Shown piece by piece: positions 27,388 to 41,720 of a DNA stretch of 64,000 nt. How positions within the stretch are numbered: position 1 is the stretch's first letter; each line of letters begins with the position of its first letter. A model generated the notes under the pieces. That model was not told the DNA's origin. It saw only the letters and a list, made by a program, of their open reading frames with translations, and did no database searches. The stretch spans positions 108,872,001-108,936,000 of the forward strand of contig OZ024744.1 in the NCBI GenBank assembly GCA_964016885.1, given 5' to 3'. A program made the position numbers and the translations under genes. Origin of the DNA: Eledone cirrhosa (Eukaryota).

Positions 27388-28200
27388 ATGATGCTTGTGT
27401 ATGCACAGCAATATTAGATGGTAGGGAGACCTGGGCGTTGTGTGCAGAAGACTTGTGTAGATTAGAAAGAAACGAAGGCTGCATTGCTCCGATGGATGTG
27501 TAATAGTAATGTATGTGAACGGCAAAGCATAAAGAAATTGAGAGAGAGACTAGGCATAAGAGGAATCAAATGTTGTGTGCAAGAGAGGAGATTGCGTTGG
27601 TATGGACATGTGATGTGTATGAAGGACGACAGCTGCATAAAAAAGTGCAGGGCGATCAAAATTGATTGAAGATACCGAGTGGGTAGACCCAGAAAAACCT
27701 GGGACGAGATGACAAAAACTGACCTTGCCCACCTACACCTCTCTAAGACAATGTCACTAGGTCGGGATATTTGGCGCCATGCAGTTGTACAGAAGACCCG
27801 CCTTCCTTTACATATGAACTTAAACCTACGGTCAGTAAGCAACTCTTAACCCAATAATCACCCCCACTTCACACCCCCTACCTCATCCTCCCACTTTCGT
27901 CCACTATAAAGTGTAGGTGTCACGACAAAAAGCACCCGGTCCACACCGTAAAGCGGTTGTGTAGGAGACATGGTAAAAAGGCTCCCAGTCCACACTGTAA
28001 AAGCAGTTGGTGTTAGGAAGGGCATCCAGCTGTAGAAAACCTACCAGATGCAGTTCTGTATGAGCAAGACACAGTCACCTGACTAATCTTGCCTCAAGTG
28101 GAACAAACCCATCCAGTGGGACAAACATCATCATTGTTTAACGTCTAACCTCCACGCTGACATAGAGGTTGGACGTTAAACGATGTGATGATGATGCTGA
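27388..28200 (+). mobile_element. RTE family B 3' fragment
   Basis: Translation MLRWMC...RRLRWYGHVM; 3' UTR repeats; (ATG)n tail. Confidence 0.85.
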
Positions 28201-28240
28201 TCATATATATATATATTTATTATATATATATATATTTATT

Positions 28241-28573
28241 GGAGGCACATGACTTAGTGGTTAGAGCATTGGCCTTGCAATGGAAAGGTTGTGAGTTCAA
28301 TTCTCAGACCGGGTGATGTGTTGTTTCCTTGAGCAAGACACTTTATTTCACATTGCTCCAGTTTACTCAGCTGTAGAAATGAGATGATAGGGACTGGTGT
28401 CCCTATCATTCCATTTCAAAGTGGTCGTGGAGGTGCCACGGCAAAAAAGCACCCAGCACTCACTGTAAATGAGGTTGGTGTTAGGAAGGGCATCCAGCTG
28501 TAGAAATCAAGCCAGAATCAGTTCCCGTCCCACCCTTGCAAGCAGGGAAGTAAAATGAAATGATGATGATGAT
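28241..28573 (+). mobile_element. SINE family A, full length
   Basis: Near-identical to 5897-6226; flanked by (TA)n. Confidence 0.9.
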
Positions 28574-29116
28574 ATATATATTATATATATTATATGTATA
28601 TATAGCAAAGTGTCGAGATGTTTCTTAATTTATATGTATATATAATATAACGGACATTAAATGATATATATATCATCATTTAATGTCCATTTCTCCTTAC
28701 GAGCATATATAACTTTTGCTTTCAATGACTTGACATTGGTTAACCTGTGGTTATATATGCTGAAGGTGCCTCAGAGTGGGATTAAACCCATGACCATAAG
28801 ATTACAGTGCGAATCTCTTTACCACACAACCATGCCTGCACCTCTTTACTCTTTTACCTGTTTCAGCCATCCGGCTGAGGCCATGCTGTTTATATATTTA
28901 TTTAAATTTTGTTGTTCATTTTGTTATTTCTGCCAGTTTTTGTAATCTAGTTCAGTACCAAAGTATCACACACTCACTGGTTTTCTATAAATCACTTCCA
29001 AGTAAACTTATAACTTAACCTCTATTTATCTTGCATGTCTTTTAACTAATGTTAAGTAAGGTTTAATTAAATATAGCTCACAGCTTGTGTGATTTATTTC
29101 GTCTTAAGTCACTGCA

Positions 29117-30480
29117 TTAACCCTCTTGATACCAACCCTGTGAAACTGCCCTGGTTTTATGATACACAAATGCTCATTTTAAAGTGCTCCTAATTACATC
29201 ATAATTTTATAAGAATTTTTTTGTTAATTTTGTTAATTTGAAACTATTGAAAAAGTTACAATTATTTAATTAAATTCCTCTAAATTGTAAGAACATTTGT
29301 GTTCCAAACACCATATTAATTATGAGAAAATTAGATTATTAAATCCCTCCTAATTTTTGGTTATTTTCAAAATTCGAAGACCAGAGGCAGTGTCTTTCAT
29401 TGGAAATATGGTAGCAAAATGGTTAAAGTATTAATATTTATCTAAAAAATTATGCATCATAACTTTACTTAACAAGTTCCAAATGCCCAATTTAATAATG
29501 AGAAAGTTATTTTACTAAATGCCTATGAATTTTTGATTATTTTAAAACTTAACTGAAACATTGTATATTTTTTTAGGAATAGGGTCACAAAAGGTTTAAG
29601 TCAGCTAACATAGCAGCTTTATGTTAATTTTGAAAAAAGGTTTTCATTTATTTCTTCCATTAATTCATATAAATAAGGTGATTATGGTGTTTGGAACTTA
29701 ACTTAATGAAGGATCTTACATAAAATAATGGTGGGCAGTTTTTAGATATATGTAAACATTTTAAAGTCACCTATGATTTCAAATCAATTTGAAAATAATC
29801 AAGAATTTTGAGTATTTAGTAATATAACTAACTTTGTAGATAAATATAAACACTTTAAAATAAACAATGTCATAGAAGAAGAGGTGTGTCTCAGGTGGGT
29901 TGGTAATAAATAGTTAAGCTGGTGTTTGAAACATAACTTTAAAAAAGTTCTTCACATAAAATTATGATGGAAAGTTTTTAGATAAATATAAACACTTCAA
30001 CCCTTTCATTGCCATATTTGAAAGACCCTGTCTATGGTTTTTAGATCATTTTGAAAATATCCAAAGGATTTAGTAATATAACTGTCCTAATATTGAGTTG
30101 GTGTTTGGAATATAACTTAACAAAGGTTCTTTGCATAGAATTATGATGGAAGGTTTTAAAATAATTATAAACACTTTGAAATGAGCAGGTTTGTATCCCA
30201 GAATCAAAATTACTTTGAAGTTCATTAGTTAATCTTTTTGTTGCCATATTTCTAATGGAATACTCTACTTATATGTATCAATTAGTTTTGAAAATATTAA
30301 AGAATTTAATGAGTAATTAACGTTTTCATTAGTAAGGTGATGTTTGAGACATTATTTAACAAACATTTCTCAAATAAACTTATGATTGAAGGTTTTAATA
30401 TGTCTGAACTTTTTAAAATGAGTAGTAGTGTATGATAAAAAACTAAGCTAGTTTGAAGGAAACTGATATAAAAAGAGTTG
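29117..30480. mobile_element. Cluster of old TTAA-bounded MITE-like relics
   Basis: TTAA|CCCTCTTG...AAATGG|TTAA (29117-29426). The recurring motif ggtgtttggaacataactt appears in several degenerate copies. Confidence 0.5.
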
Positions 30481-30763
30481 AGGATATAACATTGTAAAGC
30501 AAATAATGTCCAGATTTCTAAACAGAACATCTATCCTTGGCTAATGAACAATTCACAAATATATTTATAATCAATGATTGATCTAATTATTGATAGCATA
30601 ATTACCTCTCTTGGAAATGCTATGTTCTCAATAAAGGTAAAACTTCATTTGAAAAATTGGGCTGGTTTTATTTTGTTTTCTTTCCAGACACAAGAAATAG
30701 GTTAACATCATCATCATTTAATGTTCATTTCTATAGACGAAGGCAGTACTTAATTGGAGTTAC

Positions 30764-31727
30764 TAGACTTGATCTATTACCTGGTTTAACACCAACACCT
30801 GGTTCTTGACCACCTTTAGTTCTGTTCACTAGGGTAGTAGACTTGATTTATTACCTGGTTTAACACCAACACCTGGTTCTTGATCACATTTAGTTCTGTT
30901 CACTAGGGTAGTAGACTTGATCTATTACCTGGTTTAACACCAACACCTGTTTCTTGACCACCTTTAGTTCTGTTCACTAGGGTAGTAGACTTGATTTATT
31001 ACCTGGTTTAACACCAACACCTGTTTCTTGACCACCTTTAGTTCTGTTCACTAGGGTAGTAGACTTGATTTATTACCTGGTTTAACACCAACACCTGATT
31101 CTTGACCACCTTTAGTTCTGTTCACTAGGGTAGTAGACTTGATTTATTACCTTGTTTAACACCAACACCTGATTCTTGACCACCTTTAGTTCTGTTCACT
31201 AGGGTAGTAGACTTGATTTATTACCTGGTTTAACACCAACACCTGTTTCTTGACCACCTTTAGTTCTGTTCACTAGGGTAGTAGACTTGATTTATTACCT
31301 GGTTTAACACCAACACCTGGTTCTTGATCACATTTAGTTCTGTTCACTAGGGTAGTAGACTTGATCTATTACCTGGTTTAACACCAACACCTGATTCTTG
31401 ACCACCTTTAGTTCTGTTCACTAGGGTAGTAGACTTGATCTATTACCTGGTTTAACACCAACACCTGGTTCTTGACCACCTTTAGTTCTGTTCACTAGGG
31501 TAGTAGACTTGATCTATTACCTGGTTTAACACCAACACCTGGTTCTTGACCACCTTTAGTTCTGTTCATGAAAATCGGTCATAAGATGTAGGCCCCTATA
31601 GGTAATACACAGACTTGATTTATTACCTGGTTTAACACCAACACCTGGTTCTTGACCACCTTTAGTTCTGTTCACTAGGGTAGTAGACTTGATCTATTAC
31701 CTGGTTTAACACCAACACCTGGTTCTT
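30764..31727. repeat. 74-bp satellite, about 12 copies
   Basis: Unit tagacttgatctattacctggtttaacaccaacacctggttcttgaccacctttagttctgttcactagggtag. Confidence 0.95.
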
Positions 31728-32764
31728 CGTGGAGTCCACAAAGCTGGTAGATTTAATCTGTTACCTAATTTAACATCAACACTTGGCTCTTAGGGGAATC
31801 TATTAGGATAGCAGCCTTGAAGCCAGCTCTCCAGTTTGAAGGTGGAAGGTGTGTGACTCAGTTAACAAAAATAAAATAAACCTTTAATTTGAAGAACTAG
31901 TCTTGTCACACGCTATTGTTTAAGGTCTGTGGAATGAAAGTCACTTGCATGTTAATTTCATGAGTAGATTAAAATATTGTTCAAACAATTGGGACACTTA
32001 TTAATGGAACATATGGAGGGCCAACAACAGCAGTAATGAGTTTGATGATATTACCCTGAAATGTTCATGAGCACTTCCCTTCTCCCCGCTGACTAAAGAG
32101 TAAAAATAAATTGAAATCTAAGCAAAACAGTTGACTTAAGAAGCATTAGGAAAATTTGAAATTTAAAATGTGTGTCCCAATGCAAATAAACATAACAATA
32201 ATCAATTGCTATAAATAATAGTTGACAAAAATCAAATAGCATGCTTCTGGAGATGAGAAAAATGGGCAGGGGAATCTCTGTCAACTTTTTTATCTCAGGG
32301 GTTACTTGATTTTTAAAACTATTATTTATGGTTATTTGGATTGGTATGTGCTTGATTCAAATTTCAAAAAATGTTAAAGGTGTAGTTTTTTTTTGTAAAT
32401 GAGAACTAGTCTGAATCTCCTGGTTGGATTTTGTTTCCTTCATGCACTAATAAAGGTGTTACATTCGTGATATTGATAGCATATACATGCAGACTGTATG
32501 TGATGGGGTAGTGTTGGTGATAATGTTCATTGAAGTTGGGGTGGTGTTTGTGTTGGTTGAGGAAGGTGATTAATGATGGTGATTGGAGAAGGGTTTCATG
32601 GTGCTGATTGTGGTAGAATTCATGTTGTATGTGTGTGTCTGCTAATGATGCTGAATATATAAAACAATAACGAGAGAATGATTACAATTTATTCATTCAT
32701 CATTTTATGTAAAAACCTTAGGTAAATTATGTTTAAAAAAAAGTATAATGAGGGTTTCTGATTT

Positions 32765-32885
32765 ATGCACAAGGCCAGCAATTTTTGGGGAGGGGAAAGT
32801 CAATTAAATCACCCCAGTGTGTTACTGGTACTTTCTATTATAAACCCTATAAGGACGAAAGGCAAAGCTAAACTTAGCGGGATGT
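32765..32885 (-). mobile_element. SINE family B fragment
   Basis: gcacaaggccagcaa...actggtactt...gaaaggcaaag. Confidence 0.7.
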
Positions 32886-33893
32886 AAAGTACCTCATTTA
32901 AGTTATGTTCCAAACACCAACTTAATAATGAGAAATCATTCCCCCAAAATATTTTTGTAAATTAATTGAACCATTCGGACAGTGAAACTCGTTAGAAATA
33001 TGGTTATGAAATAATTCATTTAATGAGTAATTAAAGGAAAATAGTTATGTAATCAGCCAATTAAACAGCCAAAGCTAAATTATATTTTGTTCTCTTCCAT
33101 AGTTTATGTCAGTAAAGCCCCTATAATGGATAACTTTACTGATACTATATGTATTTATTCTGATAATTTATTACTGATAATATCTGTATCTATCTCCATA
33201 ATTGGTGAAATACTCTAGCTCTGTTGAAACAACTGTAGATGTGTAAATAATAATAATAATACTTGGTCTTATTGAATTTTGAATTATATATGCTAGCAGA
33301 AAAACCACACTTCGGGTGGTTTTCTGTTACCATGTGTAGTGTGTATATTGATATTATACGCAAGTATTTATACATGTAGATATGATACATCAAATAAAAT
33401 TGTAATTGACAATATACACAGAAATTTAACGAAGACTGTGTTACACTGTCTTATGTAATCAGTAACGTAATCCATGATACATTAAACAAAGACGATATTA
33501 TATATAAACTGCATTAGGAGAAAATTAGTGATGGAAATATATGAATATTTATTTAAGTGATCGCTAACCGGAAGTGTTGACATTTGAAAATTTTAAAGAA
33601 GTGAATCTTTAAATAAACAATAAAATATATTTAAGCAAAAAGTATGGAATTTAGCAGATAAATTATATAATATTTATTCATTTTAATCTGTTATTTTAAT
33701 AAATATTTGCTTTAGGGTTTTTATATATTTTGATATATATTTATCCTTATCGAGCCCTCTTTGGATTTTAGTCTTCACATTTATTATTATTACTATATAT
33801 ATATATTAAAATAACAGATTAAAGTTTAAGCAAAGAATCGCTGCTTTCACCCATATATATATATACATGACCATCCCCAAATATAACTATATA

Positions 33894-34689
33894 TCTGTAT
33901 ATATATATAATTAAGTGTGTGTGTGTCTGTGTATTACCTATAGGGGCCTACATCTTACGACCGATTTTCATGAACAGGGTCATAGATTAGTCATCGGGCA
34001 GTGTTTTCTATATATCAGCGTATCGTTATTTTTTTAATTCTGGGGTCATTCTGCAGATAAAAATCGATAGGGGGGTTACCTTTTTTTAGGTATCGAAAAA
34101 TAAGATTTTTGGCTCTAGCTCCCACATTTTGCCACCGATTTCGTTCAAATTTTAAAGCAAAATAGAATTTATCATTGCACATCCTGTAATGGTTTTATAT
34201 TTTGCATTTGTTGTTCAGGGACGGCGTGTCAGCCACTTAAATATTCAAAAATACCACTTTTAGAGTCAAATTTCCACTTTTTCGGCTCTACCTCCCACAT
34301 TAATTAACCTACTTTGTTCAAATTTTACACTACGCTAGATCTGATTATTTCACGTTGCTCATTAAAGTTGCTTTACATTTTGGATTATTTGTTCAGGAAC
34401 GGCGTGGCAGCTGCTTAAATATTCGAAAATACCACCTTTTCGCTCAAATTTCCGGCTCTAGCTCCCACATTTTTCAACCGATTTCGTTCAAATTCGAAAC
34501 TCCCTCCCCCAGCATGCCCCTTCGTCAGTCACCCGCGTCTCTGAGTGATAGAGGTCATCACCATCCTCCCCCGCATGGCCTGTGTGTGGCCATAGATGAG
34601 TCATCAAGAAGCAGTCACTAAGATCAACACCTTTTCATCAAAGCAGATATTATTTTACCTACCCAGGCAACGCTGGGTACTGCTGCTAG
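33894..34689 (+). mobile_element. Non-autonomous Helitron
   Basis: A|TC(tgtatatatatataa) 5' end, subterminal hairpin TACCCAG-gcaacg-CTGGGTA (34660-34679), CTAG|T 3' end, internal ~170-bp repeats. Confidence 0.8.
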
Positions 34690-34778
34690 TATATATATAT
34701 ATATTTATTAAAATAACAGATTAAAGTTTAAGCAAAGAATCGCTGCTTTCACCCTTATATATATATAAATATATATAT

Positions 34779-35077
34779 ATTGTTATACTTTGGCAGGGTC
34801 ATGCTTTCATGAACCTGTTGGTTTTCATTTCAACGCACAACACACAAAAACAAGATGGTGTAAGACAGAACAAAGGAGAGACAAAATAAAAACTGTCACT
34901 GAGGTCACAATGTGTGACGAAAGAGCTTTGACAATATGTAAACAACCATCGAGTTATCGAAACAACCAGAAATTTATGATGAATTGAAGTGAAAACCAAC
35001 AGTTGCATGTGTTTTTGTTGACAACATGACCCTCCCAAAGTATATCAATATCTCTTTCAACACACATTTTCAGATAA
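34779..35077 (+). mobile_element. Family F2 copy with degenerate hammerhead (34894-34933)
   Basis: Homologous to 25840-26074. The left end attgttatactttggcagggtcatg is an inverted copy of 35024-35048. Confidence 0.65.
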
Positions 35078-35079
35078 GA

Positions 35080-36440
35080 GCTAAGCAGTGTGTCCATGAT
35101 AACCAGGATGTTGGGGAAAAATGTGTATGAAATGACACTGGTACACTCAGTGTAACAGATGCCCAAATGAAGGAGGCTAGGAAATACTATTACAAGAGGA
35201 TGAAGACTAATTCCAAGTGACCCAACAGTGAGACCAGCTTTTGAAATTGACAGTTATAGGGTTAAGGAAGCAATGAAGCAGCTGAAGAAGGGTATAGCTG
35301 TTGAGTCACCTGAGATAGTCACTGAGATGTTGAAATCTGGGGAAATAGGAGTTGAACTAGTCAGGTAGTACAAGATGGTGTCATACCTAATAACTGGTGT
35401 AGTAGTATACTCATTAATTGTTACAAGGAGAAAGGTGATGTACAAGAAGGTACCAACTACAGGGGCATAAAACTAATGGACTAGGTAATGAAAGTAATGG
35501 ATCGAGTTATAGCACAACTAATTAGGGAAAGAGACAAATTAGATCTAGTACGTGAGGGTAAGCAATGAGTTTAATGACAAATTCAATGTACAGTTAGGTT
35601 CTCATCAGGTCTCTCAGCCCACTACTGTATTATAGTTTTCCAGGCCATAACAGAGAAATTTAAGAGAGGTTTGCCATGGAAACCAACTGGTTCTTCTAAC
35701 CAAATCTGTGGAAAAGCTAGAGAAGAAATTCCAACTTTGGAAAGAGAACTTAACATCAAAAGAGCTTAGAGTAAACTTAGGAAAAACTAAAGTTCTGTAA
35801 AGCAGGAAATAAAACAGGACTCTGATCCCGTCAGGAAAGTGGCCTTGCTCAGTATGTAAAAAAAAGAGTAGGAAGTAACTCTATACTATGTACACAATGT
35901 AAATACTGGATACACAAGAGGTGTAGTAGTGTAGTAGGCAGACTAACAAAAAACATAAACTTTCTGTGTAACAGATATACCAGGATAGTTAGTAGTAAGG
36001 GCACCAGTAAAATAAATGTTTTCCAGTCACAGGAAAGATCTATAGAAGTGGTTGATAGTTATTACGTTCTTAACTCTACCTTATTATACTCTCTTGTGCA
36101 CTGAGAGCAAGAAGAGAATGGAAAAAAAATTGTGAGTTGCTACCTCTGTTGACAAGCAAAAGGTTCTCTCTATGAAAGAAAGGCTGCCTGTGTGATGTGT
36201 GTGTATGAAGTGTGATGCTGCATGTGGGAGATAGGCAGTGAACATGAAGAATATGCAAAGGCTGGGGAGAAATGAAAGAAGCATACTTCAATGGATTTGC
36301 AATGTAGTATATGGGGAAAAAGCAAAGTTTAGATGAGCTGAGAAAGAAGTTGGAAATATGAGGAATTAGAGGTAGTTTGTAGGAGAGATGGTTGCATTGG
36401 GTGAAGAGGTGCCAAGATATCCCAGTAGATGATGATGATG
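35080..36440 (+). mobile_element. Old RTE LINE RT fragment
   Basis: Degenerate NYRGIKLMD, LRVNLGKTKV, GKWPCSVC and WIHKRC motifs. Confidence 0.85.
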
Positions 36441-36452
36441 ACGGCGGTGATG

Positions 36453-36519
<67 letters not shown>

Positions 36520-36575
36520 ATATATATATAAATATATATATATATCAATATATATATAAATATATATATATATCA

Positions 36576-36607
<32 letters not shown>

Positions 36608-36609
36608 CA

Positions 36610-36645
<36 letters not shown>

Positions 36646-36647
36646 CA

Positions 36648-36688
<41 letters not shown>

Positions 36689-36740
36689 AATATATATATA
36701 TATCTATATATATATATATATATAAATATATATATATATC

Positions 36741-36774
<34 letters not shown>

Positions 36775-36790
36775 AATATATATATATATC

Positions 36791-36829
<39 letters not shown>

Positions 36830-36831
36830 CA

Positions 36832-36866
<35 letters not shown>

Positions 36867-36883
36867 AATATATATATATATCA

Positions 36884-36923
<40 letters not shown>

Positions 36924-36959
36924 CAATATATATATATATCAATATATGTATATATATAT

Positions 36960-37003
<44 letters not shown>

Positions 37004-37006
<3 letters not shown>

Positions 37007-37383
37007 GAAGGAAATGTAGTAAGGAACCAGGTGGACCATAACGCACCAAAATACTCAATACTTAGGGTAGTAGAGTGGGTAATAGGAACCAGTAAGACCC
37101 CGACGGCTGAGCTCAAGGTCGAAACGGCTTGAGCTCAGCCGTCGGGGTCTTACTGGTTCCTATATATATACATATATATATTGAAAAGATTCAGGACCCC
37201 GACAGCTGAGCTCCAGCTGTTTTGACGGCCGGAGCTCAGCCGTCGGGGTCCTGAATCTTTTCATATTACCCACTCTACTACCGCAAGTATCGAGTACTCT
37301 GGTATCGTACCACACCCTCTTTGTTATATTTCCTAATGGCGTTAGAGCCAGAAGCTCTCCTATATGTGCGAGACACGTTAATC
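37004..37383. repeat. Two related hairpin-ended elements facing each other across a short TA spacer
   Basis: Perfect 36-bp arms at 37082-37117 / 37128-37163 and a second hairpin at 37182-37263. Both share the flank tactcaatact..gtagtagagtgggtaat, also seen at 61911-62047. Confidence 0.85.
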
Positions 37384-37397
37384 GATGATGATGATGA

Positions 37398-37610
<213 letters not shown>

Positions 37611-38004
37611 CATATACATATATATATATTTATATATATTGAAATGATGACCTAACATAAATGATTATAATAGTCAACTGCTATAAATAATAGCTGAGTA
37701 AATCAGGTAAAGTTCTGCTGGAGATGGAAAGAAATAGAAAAATATATAATTATATAAACAGAATTATAAATAACGCGGAAATACAATAAATAATATTATT
37801 AAATAAATACACAAAATAATAATCTTCCTCTCACATTTCAGTTCTGTCATCATCTTATCTCATTTACTATTCCGTGCACTTTAAATTATTGATAAATATA
37901 TACATATAGACACCCACACACATATATGTCAGTGTGTGTACATATATGTAGCATTTTAGCCTCCACTTTCCCCCTTACCATTTTTGCATATATATATATA
38001 TATT

Positions 38005-38350
38005 TCATCATCATCATCATTTCATTTTACGTCCGCTTTTTCCCTGCTTGCAAGGGTGGGACGGGAACTGATTCTGGCTTGATTTCTACAGCTGGATGCC
38101 CTTTCTAACACCAACCTCATTTACAGTGAGTGCTGGGTGCTTTTTTTGCCGTGGCACCTCCACGACCACTTTGCAGTGGAATGATATGGACCCCCAGTCC
38201 CTATCATCTCATTTCTACAGCTGAGTAAACTGGAGCAATGTGAAATAAAGTGTCTTGCTCAAGGAAACAACACATCACCCGGTCTGAGAATTGAACTCAC
38301 AATCTTTCGATTGCAAGGCCAATGCTCTAACCACTAAGCCATGTGCCTCC
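38005..38350 (-). mobile_element. SINE family A, full length
   Basis: Reverse complement of 5897-6226; (TA)n on both sides. Confidence 0.9.
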
Positions 38351-38461
38351 ATATATATATATATATGTGTGTGTGTTAAAAATATGGGGAGAAGAATACT
38401 GCATGGTTGCACATGGATAACGTGTTATAAAATGAGTCCCTCATCAGTGATTTGCCAACGG

Positions 38462-38494
<33 letters not shown>

Positions 38495-38496
<2 letters not shown>

Positions 38497-38817
38497 CACA
38501 CGACCGTGACCTCTGGCGTCACACAGTAATACAGAAGACCCGACCTCCCCACAGGTATAAGCTGAAGCTTATAGACAATATGCCCGCACACCCTCCCACT
38601 GCAAAGTGGTCGTGGAGGCGCCACGGCAAAAAAGCACCCAGCACCTACTGTAAATGAGGTTGGTGTTAGGAAGGTCATCCAGCTGTAGAAATCAAGCCAG
38701 AATCAGTTCCCGTATGAGCAAGACAAGGTCAGCCGACCGGACACTGCCCACAACAGGACAACCCGTCTAACCCATGCTAGCATGGAAGAACAGATGTAAA
38801 AGGATGATGATGATGAT
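38495..38817 (+). mobile_element. RTE family B 3' UTR fragment
   Basis: Homologous to 48187-48572. Confidence 0.85.
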
Positions 38818-38921
38818 ATATGTATGTGTGTGTGTAGTATATATAAAAATATGTGTATGTATGTATGCATGTGTACATATGTATTTATAAGTGTATATAC
38901 ATATGTGAATATGTATATGCA

Positions 38922-40050
38922 TATCATCATCATCACGATTTAAAGTCCATTCTTCCACGCTAGCATGGGTCAGACAAGTTGTCCTGTTGTGGGCAATGCC
39001 AGGTCAGGTGACCATGTCTTACTCATACAGTTTTTCATGATTTCTACAGCTGTATGCCCTTCCTAACACCAACCACTTTACAGTGTGGGCTGAAGGCGTC
39101 ACTGGATGTATGCTTCAGACTGTCCTCATGGGAGCTGTATGGGAGGGTGGGGTGGTGCATATTATATGCTTTAGCTTCAGCCTGTGCCCATGGGAAGGTG
39201 GGTCCTCTGTATTACTGCATAACACCAGCAATCTTGTCGTCGTCGTCTTTGATAGGTGTAATTGGGTAAGGTCAGATTTTATCACCTCATCTCAGGTCTT
39301 CTTGGGTCTCTCCACTCCAAGGCTTCCATCGACTTTGAGCACATCACATGTCCATTCTTCATACACATCACATGGCCATACCAACACAATCTCCTCTCCA
39401 TCACACAGCATTTATTCCTCTTATGCCTAGTTGCACTCTCGGTGCGATTATGCTTTGGCGTTCACGTATATTACTATTACACATCCAACGGAGCATGCAA
39501 TCTTCATTTCTTTCTAATCTACACAGGTCTTCTACACACAACGCCCAGGTCTCACTACCATGCAACGTTGCTGTTTGTATGCACGCATCATACAGTCTCA
39601 CTTTCATTTTGAGGGAAAAGCCTTTTGTAGCTAGCAGTGGCAGTGGCTCCCTGAACTTCTTCCATCCCGTTCTTACCCTGGTTACTGTACTTTCAGAACA
39701 CTCCCCCCCCCCCCCCCCCCACTGCTAATTTTGTCACCTAGGTAGCAGAAGCTGTCTACTGCTACTGAATCTTCCTAGAATTTGATAATGTTTGTTTCCT
39801 GTGGTTATTTGCTGCTTACTGTCCCGGTGCAACTGCTACATGTAAAACCTACATTCTTAGCTAGACATCCTGAGATCCCACTACATCGTTTGTGTACCCA
39901 TAGTTTGCATTTGGGACAGAGGATGGAATATCTACCTACAACTTTCCTACATACTGAGCAAGGCCTTTTTCCTAAAGGTATCTGGGTTCTGTTTTCTCTT
40001 CTACTTACAAGGACCTTAGTCTTTGTCAGGTTGACTTTAAGACTTCTTCT
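38922..40050 (-). mobile_element. RTE family B 3' fragment
   Basis: Translation LKVNLTKTKVLVS...PCSVC...WVHKRC...CSSC and RLYDACIQTATLHGSETWAL. Confidence 0.9.
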
Positions 40051-40061
40051 TTCTAGAGGAA

Positions 40062-40210
40062 TACCAAGGTTAACATATGTTGATGCTCTAAGGACAGACA
40101 CTGGTCTGTTGGATATGCAGGACATGGCAGCGATAATGAGGGACAGAGACCGCTGGAGAGAACTCGTCTATGGATCTCAGGAATTTTACCCGACCTAGAT
40201 AGATAGATAT
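40062..40210 (+). mobile_element. 3' tip of a different non-LTR element with a (TAGA)n tail
   Basis: PRLTYVDALRTDTGL...IMRDRDRWRELV* resembles RTE C-termini and is followed by tagatagatagat. Confidence 0.65.
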
Positions 40211-40477
40211 ATATATACACACACACACACATACCTCGATATAATACTTTTTTTAAATTTTATTTATGCATGTCCTCACCTCTTTAGTTTGTAAAATGCC
40301 AAGATAATTTCCTTTTCTTCTCTCTTTCTCCTTCACCCCCTCCCCCCCTCTCTTTCACCCTCAGGCTTTTGTTTTAGTTTTTTATTTGTTGAAACTATTT
40401 TTATTAAAATTGTTTTTTTTAACTTTTTTAATTTTCCTTTAACTTTTATATTTCATGTATTAAGTTACCTTTGGAAA

Positions 40478-41177
40478 TAACAACACTATCACCACTACCA
40501 CCACCACCACCACCACCACCACCATCACCACCAACAACAACACTACCACCACTACCACCACTACCACCAACACTATCACCACTACCACCAACAACACTAT
40601 CACCACCAACAACAACACTACCACCACTACCACCAACAACACTACCACCACTACCAACAACAACACTACCACCACCACCAACAACACTACCACCACCACC
40701 AACAACACTATCACCACCAACAACACTATCACCACCACCACCACTATCACCACCAACAACAACACTACCACCACTACCAACAACAACACTACCACCACTA
40801 CCAACAACAACACTACCACCACTACCACCAACACTACCACCACTACCACCAACAACACTATCACCACCACTACAACCAACAACACTATCACCACTACCAC
40901 CAACACTACCACCACTACCAACAACACTACCACCACCAACAACAACACTACCACCAACAACAACACTACCACCACTACCACCAACAACACTACCACCACC
41001 AACAACACTATCACCACCACTACAACCAACAACACTATCACCACTACCACCAACACTACCACCACCACCAACACCACCATCACCACTATCACCACTACCA
41101 ACACCACCATCACCACCAACAACAACACTATCACCACTACCAACACCACCACCACCACCAACACCACCAACACCACC

Positions 41178-41209
<32 letters not shown>

Positions 41210-41720
41210 CAACACTACCACCACCAACAACACTATCACCACCACTACAACCAACAACCATTTCACCACCACCACCACCACTACCACCACTACCACCAAC
41301 AACACCACCACCACCACCACCACTAACACCACCACCACCAACACCATCATCACCACCAAGAACAACAACCACTGATGCCAACAAATAACAACCACCACCC
41401 CTAACACTACTCCCCAATATTGCTCCCTGTATTACTCCTCCCACTCCACCCTCCCCCACTCCTCCCTTGGTTCCAAGTATCAACCTCTCCACTCCCTCCC
41501 ATAGCTCCCAGCATCACCCTTCTCCCTTGGCTCCAAGTGTTACCCTCACACTACCACCCTTGGCTCCAAGCATCAACCCCACCCCTCCCCTGGCTCCCAG
41601 TATCACCCCCACTACCTTCCTTGGCTCCAAGTATCATCCTCCTCCCTCCCCTGGCTTCAAGTATCACCCCCCCACTCCCTCCCTTGGCTCCCTGTATCAC
41701 CCTTCCCCCACACCACCCTT
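40478..41720. repeat. (ACC/ACA/ACT)n low complexity followed by a degenerate ~30-bp C-rich repeat
   Basis: Directly visible; ccttggctcc(c/a)agtatcacc recurs across 41420-41720. Confidence 0.85.

Noticed and set aside
40446-41492. Pro/Thr-rich extensin-like and Gly/Val-rich ORFs
   Set aside because: Trinucleotide low complexity that is open on both strands, with no ATG context, signal peptide or splice evidence.
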